Position numbers and translations under genes: made by a program | Shown: one piece after another, positions 58,356-64,000 of the stretch | Layout of the letters: each line of letters starts with the position of its first letter | Numbering within the stretch: position 1 is the stretch's first letter | Notes under the pieces: generated by a model | Told to the model about the DNA's origin: nothing | Seen by the model: only the letters and a program-made list of their open reading frames with translations | The model's database searches: none | DNA from: Candidatus Methylomirabilales bacterium | Lineage (GTDB): Bacteria > Methylomirabilota > Methylomirabilia > Methylomirabilales > CSP1-5 | Length of the DNA: 64,000 bases | Reading direction: 5' to 3' | NCBI GenBank assembly: GCA_046758505.1 | Contig: JBHIAH010000006.1 | Span: 10,517-74,516 of the forward strand

Positions 58356-60563
58356 TCACGAGGTGTCAAGCCAGGACTGGAGCCGGGCGGCCGGATAGCC
58401 GACCGGGGCAAGCAAGGTCTCGGCCGCCCGCAGGAGCAACTCGACGTATCGCTCTTTATCATAGCTTTCATTGCCCGTCAGCAGCACTGCCGGCCGGGCC
58501 CGCTCCCCCTTCACCCGGGCCTTCCGATCGAGGATGATGTAGCCGATCTGCTCTCCCGGGTGGAGCTTCACGCCGGCTCCGGCCATCGCTTTGGCGGCGA
58601 TGGCGCCGGCATCCTCCCGGACGTACTGCATCGGGTCCTTCGACAGCGTCCGGGTGATGACGAGCTCCTCGAACGGGACCCGTCCCTCACGGATCTCATC
58701 CACATGACGCCTGAGCAGCTCTAACGCCTCGGGGACCCGGGCCATAAACTCGGTGGCATTTTCAGCCCGGGCCAGGCAGTCGAGCATTGCTTGCTGAGCC
58801 CGGGCGATCCGGGGGGCGGTGTCGTGCCGCCGAAGCTCAAGACCCCGGACCTTTTGGTCTCCGCTCTGAAAGACCCCGTAGAAACGGTTCGGCACCGTAA
58901 TCTCCGGGGATTCCCGCGACGGGCAAAAGACGATCCAGCGATAGATCCCCTCGAGCGCAATAGGGATCTTTGTCGCGTCCTCGATCTCACGACACAGGGC
59001 CCCGAGCTCTGCCTCCGTAAGGTCCGGCTTCTGGACGTAGACCGAGTCCACGACGGCGTGGATCACCTGAAAGCCAGAGGCCTCTGCGATCGTCCGGGCT
59101 CTCAAGAGCATCTCGCGCCCGAGGCTCGTCACCGCCTCGTGGGCCATGATCTGTCCCCACCGGGCATTCCGGTACCCCAGGTAGCCAAAGCTCACCAGCA
59201 GGCACCAACGCAGCGCAGACTGCAGGAGGTCGTAGCGCCGCTGCGCCTCACCCTGGCTCGCCTTTTTGAGGTTTTTGTACCGAAGCCGCTTTTCGAGCAG
59301 CGGACGGAGGACCCGGGGGACGAGGCCTTCGCGCCGCTGGCAGAGGCTGTAGCCCGCCTCTGGTACCGTCCCCTTGGGACAGCAGTCGCAGTTCACCGTC
59401 TCGGACGAGATGTTATAGGCCACCATGAGGGAGGGGTACATGCTGGCAAAGTCGATCTCCGCCACGTTCTCGTGCAGCCCCATCGGCGGCAGATACACCA
59501 TCCCCCCCTTGTCTATCGTAATGAGCTCTGCCAACGTCTTGGCCTCTTCCACCTCTGCCTTCTTCCAAGGAATCAGGGCCCCCATCCGGGTCGCCTCGTC
59601 CATCTGCATCGAGGTGATGGCGACACCGGTCGAGAGGCGGGCCTGCCGTTGGACCGGGACCTTGGCGACCCGACAGACCTCGAGCAGCCCGGGGAGTTCC
59701 CCATCGTGGTAGATAAAGGAGTTACAGAGATCGATGTGCCAGCGGCCGTGAAGGAGAAAAGGCGGGGTCATGTAGATCACCCGGCCATAGCTGAAAAAGC
59801 TCCGCCCCTCTTTCGGCGGTCTGCGGACGACCGGCTCACGGTCGAGCGGCAGGTCCACCCGGTGCCGCTTCGCCAGCGCGAGCAGGAGGGGGAGCAGAAA
59901 CGCATCCCCCTCTTCGGTGTAGATCAGGTCGGGGTCGTACTGCGCGAGCAGGTCTTTGAAAGTCTCGAGCAGCTCGGCCTCGCTCCCATCGGAAAGATCA
60001 TACCTCTCTCCCTCGACCGTGACCCGGAGCGCGGTGAGGCGCCTCGAAAAACGGCCGACAGGACCTGTGCCCCGTATCTCCATGATCCGAAGGGGGGGAA
60101 GGGCGTACTCGAGCGCCCAGGGATCATCGAGGCACTCCACCCCACGGAGCACTCCCCCATCGTGCTCAATCCGGCAAAAGGCCAACGGGAAAAGCTGCCG
60201 CTCGTAGCAATAGAGTTGGGCCGGGTGGATTCCACAGTTCCAGAAGAGGACCCGTGGGTGCTCCAAGAAGAGGCGCTCGGGGAGCACGGGGTATTGGCTC
60301 GGGTCGGCCAGGGCGATCTTCAGGACCTCGACCCTGTCTTCACTGACGAGATCCCACCGCTTGACAAACTCGAGCCCTGCAATGGAAGGTTTTCTCTCGA
60401 GTTCCGCGATGAGCGGCCGAAGGTCCCGCGCTTTCCCCTCAGCGTAAAAGGCCGGGGTAAAGGGGGTTTCCAGACGCAACCGCTCCCCCGCCTCGGTAAT
60501 CCACCAGAGGACCATCCCGCGCTTGGCGGGATACAGATCAAAGAGCCAGCCCTGGGTCTTCAT
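58356..60563 (-). CDS. polB: Family B DNA polymerase, PolB2-type
   Basis: Motif A IDFASMYPS; motif B LRWCLLVSFGYLGY; motif C HAVVDS; degenerate exonuclease motifs; KVRGLELRRHD. Confidence 0.92.
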   Translation of the reverse strand: MKTQGWLFDLYPAKRGMVLWWITEAGERLRLETPFTPAFYAEGKARDLRPLIAELERKPSIAGLEFVKRWDLVSEDRVEVLKIALADPSQYPVLPERLFLEHPRVLFWNCGIHPAQLYCYERQLFPLAFCRIEHDGGVLRGVECLDDPWALEYALPPLRIMEIRGTGPVGRFSRRLTALRVTVEGERYDLSDGSEAELLETFKDLLAQYDPDLIYTEEGDAFLLPLLLALAKRHRVDLPLDREPVVRRPPKEGRSFFSYGRVIYMTPPFLLHGRWHIDLCNSFIYHDGELPGLLEVCRVAKVPVQRQARLSTGVAITSMQMDEATRMGALIPWKKAEVEEAKTLAELITIDKGGMVYLPPMGLHENVAEIDFASMYPSLMVAYNISSETVNCDCCPKGTVPEAGYSLCQRREGLVPRVLRPLLEKRLRYKNLKKASQGEAQRRYDLLQSALRWCLLVSFGYLGYRNARWGQIMAHEAVTSLGREMLLRARTIAEASGFQVIHAVVDSVYVQKPDLTEAELGALCREIEDATKIPIALEGIYRWIVFCPSRESPEITVPNRFYGVFQSGDQKVRGLELRRHDTAPRIARAQQAMLDCLARAENATEFMARVPEALELLRRHVDEIREGRVPFEELVITRTLSKDPMQYVREDAGAIAAKAMAGAGVKLHPGEQIGYIILDRKARVKGERARPAVLLTGNESYDKERYVELLLRAAETLLAPVGYPAARLQSWLDTS

Positions 60564-60834
60564 CCCGCCCCCGACGTATGGCCGCCTCAAGCCGTTCGAG
60601 GCGGCCCCGGATTTCTTGCAGGGCCTTTTCCTGTTCCAGCAGGACAGCCATCACGACCGCCTCGAAGGGGGTGGGCCGGGCCACGTACCCCGCCTCGGCG
60701 GCGTGCCGCCGCGCGTGCTGGAAGAGGCGGTCGAAGGCCTCGCGGTCGCTCCGCGTGAGCGCCCGGCGGAACTTTCCCCAAGACTCCCGCTCGTGCTGGA
60801 AGGCCTGGACGATGCTCATGACGGTTCGACCCAT
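60538..60834 (-). CDS. Small PolB2-associated protein (arCOG07300-like)
   Basis: MGRTV, W..FRRAL...DR..FD.LF..AR.H, PFE...A.LLEQ; immediately upstream of polB. Confidence 0.8.
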   Translation of the reverse strand: MGRTVMSIVQAFQHERESWGKFRRALTRSDREAFDRLFQHARRHAAEAGYVARPTPFEAVVMAVLLEQEKALQEIRGRLERLEAAIRRGRDEDPGLAL

Positions 60835-60883
60835 GACTCACCTCCTGGGCTCACCGCAGGCGGTTCGACCCATGATTCACCTC
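60822..60883. repeat. 23 bp direct duplication of RBS and start codon
   Basis: CGGTTCGACCCATGA(C/T)TCACCTC at 60822-60844 and 60861-60883. Confidence 0.9.
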
Positions 60884-61643
60884 ATACGAACGGAAGGAAG
60901 TGGTCCATCGGCACTGTCTCAATCCGGCGCGAGAGTGGCTTTTCGTGCCGAAAGACCAGAGCTTGCCCTGAGCCCCTCGACTCCGCTCGGGGCAAGCCTG
61001 TCGAAGGGCCCTGGCCTGAGTTCATCGAAGGATCGACTCGGATGCTCCGCGACGCCACGTGCAGCCAGGGAAGGTGAAGATTCCTCCGTCCGGACTCGAC
61101 CGGTGCATCCGCCGCAGCCACCAAGACCTTGCACCCCCCCTCGGCCTGCCTTTTCACCTCTGCTGCGATCTCCTTGAGCAGCCAGCTTGCTTCTTTGTAG
61201 GGGACGTTAGCGTCGGCAAAGAGCGAGGTCGCACCCGAGAGGATCACCAGCCCCGGCGCGTGGTCCCGGATAAAGGGCATGAGGCGATGGAAGGCCAACG
61301 CCGCCAACTGGTGCACGGTAAAAGTGCGGATGACGTGGATCCGGGACAGGACCGGCTCGGGATCCTGCCGAGCGGCCAGGGCCAGGCGAGACACGATATA
61401 GGGATCGGTGCTGTTGCCCGCATCGACCAAGAGGACCTTCTGCCTCTTGAGGGCGTAGAGCCCCGCCGCAAAGGTTGCCAGGGGGATAACCATGCGAGAG
61501 CCGCGGAGGAGCGCGATCATCCCGTGGGGCGGCGGCTGAAACAGACTCCGAATGAGCGTCGGCAATCGCCGGTCTGGGGATATACCGGTTCCCTCGTCGT
61601 TGGGGACAACCCTGGCGGACGATGCGTGGTCAAGGGTGCGCAT
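60882..61643 (-). CDS. Inactivated RecA/RadA-like protein (ImuA analogue)
   Basis: VLLVDAGNSTDPY, RIHVIRTFTVHQL; no Walker A GKT; lies between lexA and polB. Confidence 0.75.
   Translation of the reverse strand: MRTLDHASSARVVPNDEGTGISPDRRLPTLIRSLFQPPPHGMIALLRGSRMVIPLATFAAGLYALKRQKVLLVDAGNSTDPYIVSRLALAARQDPEPVLSRIHVIRTFTVHQLAALAFHRLMPFIRDHAPGLVILSGATSLFADANVPYKEASWLLKEIAAEVKRQAEGGCKVLVAAADAPVESGRRNLHLPWLHVASRSIRVDPSMNSGQGPSTGLPRAESRGSGQALVFRHEKPLSRRIETVPMDHFLPFV
60961..61031. repeat. Palindromic REP-like element inside the coding sequence
   Basis: GCTTGCCCTGAGC-N11-GCTCGGGGCAAGC hairpin followed by two TCGAAGG units. Confidence 0.7.
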
Positions 61644-61691
61644 GGTAGAGACTCGTACCCTGGAAGCCTCGTCTCGGAACTGTTGTGGGCC

Positions 61692-62351
61692 CTAGACCCG
61701 GTGCAACTGCTCTTTTGATGCGGTCGAACCGTTGAACCGGCGGAGCAAGCCGACCACCTTGCCGAGAACTTTGATATTTTTGCCCTGCGGAAACCTCAGC
61801 GGAGTGTAGGCCAGGTTGTCCGAGATTAGGAGGACCGTCCCACCCTCACGCTGAAAGCGTTTCAAAACAGCCTCCTCCCCAAAAAGGGCCACCACGATAT
61901 CTCCAGGGGCGGCGACCGGCTGTCGGCGCACGACGGCAATATCGCCAGGGGTCACCGTGGGGGCCATGCTGTCGCTCGCGACCCGGACGGCAAAGCCCTC
62001 GCCACCGCCCAGCCACAAGGCCGGCACGGGGACGTAGTCCACGACCTCTTCCCGGGCGAGCACCGGCGGCCCGGCGGTGACGCGATCGTATACAGGGAGA
62101 TACCCTACCTGCTCTTCAGGAGGGAGGGGGTTGCCGGCCGGGTCCTTCAGGACCTGAATACCCCGGGGCCCGGGAAGGCGGCGGATGTACCCCTTGTGCT
62201 CGAGGGCCCGGACGTGGCGAAAGGCGCCAAAGCGGCTCGTGACCCCGATCGCCTCGGCGATCTCGTCCAGAATGGGGGGCATCCCCCGCTGCCGGAGCGA
62301 GCAGAGAATCGCCTCGAGCACCTGCCGTTGCTTCGGACTCAGGGTTGTCAT
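61692..62351 (-). CDS. lexA: LexA repressor
   Basis: N-terminal wHTH; Ala-Gly cleavage site (VTAG); Ser (DSM) and Lys (VLKR). Confidence 0.9.
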   Translation of the reverse strand: MTTLSPKQRQVLEAILCSLRQRGMPPILDEIAEAIGVTSRFGAFRHVRALEHKGYIRRLPGPRGIQVLKDPAGNPLPPEEQVGYLPVYDRVTAGPPVLAREEVVDYVPVPALWLGGGEGFAVRVASDSMAPTVTPGDIAVVRRQPVAAPGDIVVALFGEEAVLKRFQREGGTVLLISDNLAYTPLRFPQGKNIKVLGKVVGLLRRFNGSTASKEQLHRV

Positions 62352-62377
62352 GGAGTCCTCCTGGCTGGGACTCCATG

Positions 62378-62406
62378 GATAACCCCTGTTATCTATCCCG
62401 TGTCAA
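62378..62406 (-). promoter_or_regulatory. lexA promoter with palindromic operator candidate
   Basis: TTGACA at 62406-62401; GATAAC-N4-GTTATC at 62378-62393 over the expected -10 region. Confidence 0.6.
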
Positions 62407-62471
62407 GCAAAAAATTTCGGCGGGGAAAAGGCGGCAAGCTGGCAGGTTCGCAAACTCTAAAAACTACAGCA

Positions 62472-63236
62472 AAAAGGTGTCAGGACCCTTTTCCAGCTAC
62501 ACTACCCTCCTTCCTTGGTCGCCCGCGGGCACGTAACGTCGCTTCGAGCCCTAAGCGTCGCGCCCTATGCCGTGCCCACACCTCCGAGCCGAAGGGCTGC
62601 CCCCGCGTGACACTCCGGCGCAGCGCCTCCAATTCCGCCTCAGTCTGGGGCTCGTTCACCCAGTCCACCCAGCGCGACGGCCCCGCGACAGGCCACTCCG
62701 CCAACCACCGCTGCGTCGGCGCAGCGCCAAGTAGCCGCCTCCACAAGCTTGACCACCGCCACTCTTCTGCTCGCACCACCAACTCCGCCCTCAAAGGATT
62801 CCGTTCCACGTACCGGCACACCGCCAAGAAATGCTCGTCCTCTTGTACGGGAAATGACTTAAACCGGCCCTGGTACACATGCCCCCGACCCGCGGTCTCA
62901 TGGTGCGCATGCCAGCGCTGGGTGTGCGTGAGCGTCACCCAAGCCATAAACCGCGAGAGGTCGCCGTCGCCCCGTGGCCACAGTACTAGATGCCAGTGGT
63001 TGGGCATGAGGCAGTACGCTAGGGTCCGCATCGGGATGCGTTCGTGAGCCTCTTCGAGAACCCGCTCGAACGCCCAGTAATCCCCGGTTTTTTCAAAGAG
63101 CTGCAGCCCGGCATTAGCCCGGTTCAACACATGGTAGATCACGTCGCCAACAGCTGCACGTAACGGACGAGCCATGGGGCGCCAGCTTAGCCGTGCCCAC
63201 GCCCTTTGTAAACAAAAAAGGGTCCTGACACCTTTT
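62472..63236. mobile_element. RAYT element bounded by perfect 21 bp inverted repeats
   Basis: AAAAGGTGTCAGGACCCTTTT (62472-62492) and AAAAGGGTCCTGACACCTTTT (63216-63236). Confidence 0.85.
62480..63175 (-). CDS. REP-associated tyrosine (Y1/HUH) transposase
   Basis: YHVLNR, MPNHWHL (HUH), QGRFKS, RYVERNP, WRWSS. Confidence 0.92.
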   Translation of the reverse strand: MARPLRAAVGDVIYHVLNRANAGLQLFEKTGDYWAFERVLEEAHERIPMRTLAYCLMPNHWHLVLWPRGDGDLSRFMAWVTLTHTQRWHAHHETAGRGHVYQGRFKSFPVQEDEHFLAVCRYVERNPLRAELVVRAEEWRWSSLWRRLLGAAPTQRWLAEWPVAGPSRWVDWVNEPQTEAELEALRRSVTRGQPFGSEVWARHRARRLGLEATLRARGRPRKEGSVAGKGS

Positions 63237-63411
63237 CAGCCCCTTTTTAGTTTGCACCCAGGAGGGTCTTCATCGGGCCACCTTCTCATGGTACCCCATG
63301 GATACCTCGCGCTCTCTATCCCGTGCCAAGTGGAAAATTTCGGAGGGCAGAGCGGAAACGAAGGAAGTCCGTCTATTGGGCGTCATCTGAAGCGTCTTGC
63401 GAGACCGCGCG

Positions 63412-64000
63412 CTATCCCTGTGCCAAAAATTGGAGGAGTGCGGGCACGATCTCTTCGTGCGCGTCCTCTTGCAGATAGTGGCCCGCATCAGGGAGTCGAA
63501 GCACCTGGGCATTGGGGAAGTCGGGAATCCATAGATCTTCGAGATAGGTGGGCAAAAAGGCGATGTCCTTCATCGCCCACGCGATGAAAGTGGGCTTCGA
63601 ACGGAGTTGCATGAGTCCCTCGTGGACTGTGTCGAGGAACTCGCTGACACTCCCCTCGGGTCCCGCCGGGATTTCTCGGGGAAAGACCAAGATCCCGGTA
63701 CGCGAGGACCACGTGGGATGGGGGGCGAGATAGGCCGCCCGTTCGTTCGGACCGAGGCGTTCGGGACGGCGCAGGCCCGCCCGGAACAAGAAGCCCCGAA
63801 CGAAGGCGTGGGCGCCCTTGACAAGGATCTCGCCCACACCGGGAGTACGAAATAGGCGGAGCGGGAGGGGAAGCGCCACATCTCCGAGGGGCCGATGAGC
63901 GATCGTGTTCAGGATCGCGAGGGAGTGGATCCGCGCGGGGTGCTTACCCGCCCACGCGAGCCCGATGGGCCCACCCCAGTCTTGCGGCACGACGGTGGTC
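63412..64000 (-). CDS. Haloalkane dehalogenase-like alpha/beta hydrolase (5' part outside the window)
   Basis: QDWGGPIG nucleophile motif; AGHYLQED. Confidence 0.85.
   Translation of the reverse strand, partial: TTVVPQDWGGPIGLAWAGKHPARIHSLAILNTIAHRPLGDVALPLPLRLFRTPGVGEILVKGAHAFVRGFLFRAGLRRPERLGPNERAAYLAPHPTWSSRTGILVFPREIPAGPEGSVSEFLDTVHEGLMQLRSKPTFIAWAMKDIAFLPTYLEDLWIPDFPNAQVLRLPDAGHYLQEDAHEEIVPALLQFLAQG

Noticed and set aside
50503..58545. Diversity-generating retroelement (polB tails as TR/VR)
   Set aside because: Differences are not adenine-specific, include indels, and no reverse transcriptase is present
58791..60758. 655 aa + strand ORF
   Set aside because: Antisense to polB with no recognisable motifs

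Overview
GC-rich bacterial chromosome segment; the taxon cannot be assigned from sequence alone. Layout: (1) 1-7.7 kb, + strand metabolic block (MFS, cupredoxin, two Tat-exported ABC substrate-binding proteins around a class III aminotransferase, quinone oxidoreductase, tartrate/D-malate dehydrogenase). (2) 7.7-16 kb, accessory island of minus-strand hypothetical genes with sigma54-type promoters, toxin-antitoxin pairs (BrnTA, MNT-HEPN, 2x HicAB) and an Mrr fragment, punctuated by about 11 copies of a Y1-transposase-end-like motif. (3) 16-50 kb, mostly housekeeping minus-strand genes (RsmF-like, rbsK, nucleoside hydrolase, msrA, tag, Na+/H+ antiporter, gltBD and others). (4) 50-63 kb, a lexA - RadA-like - small protein - PolB2-type polymerase operon and an inverted-repeat-flanked RAYT transposase. 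Downstream of the polymerase lies a polarised array of unrelated cargo genes (spermidine-synthase/membrane fusion, secreted protein, metF, methyltransferase + HgcAB-like corrinoid fusion), each separated by a remnant copy of the polB 3' end. This polB-tail-delimited cargo array is the strongest candidate for an undescribed system. No rRNA, tRNA, CRISPR array or integrase was recognised. All alignments were done by eye; family assignments come from motif recognition, not database searches.
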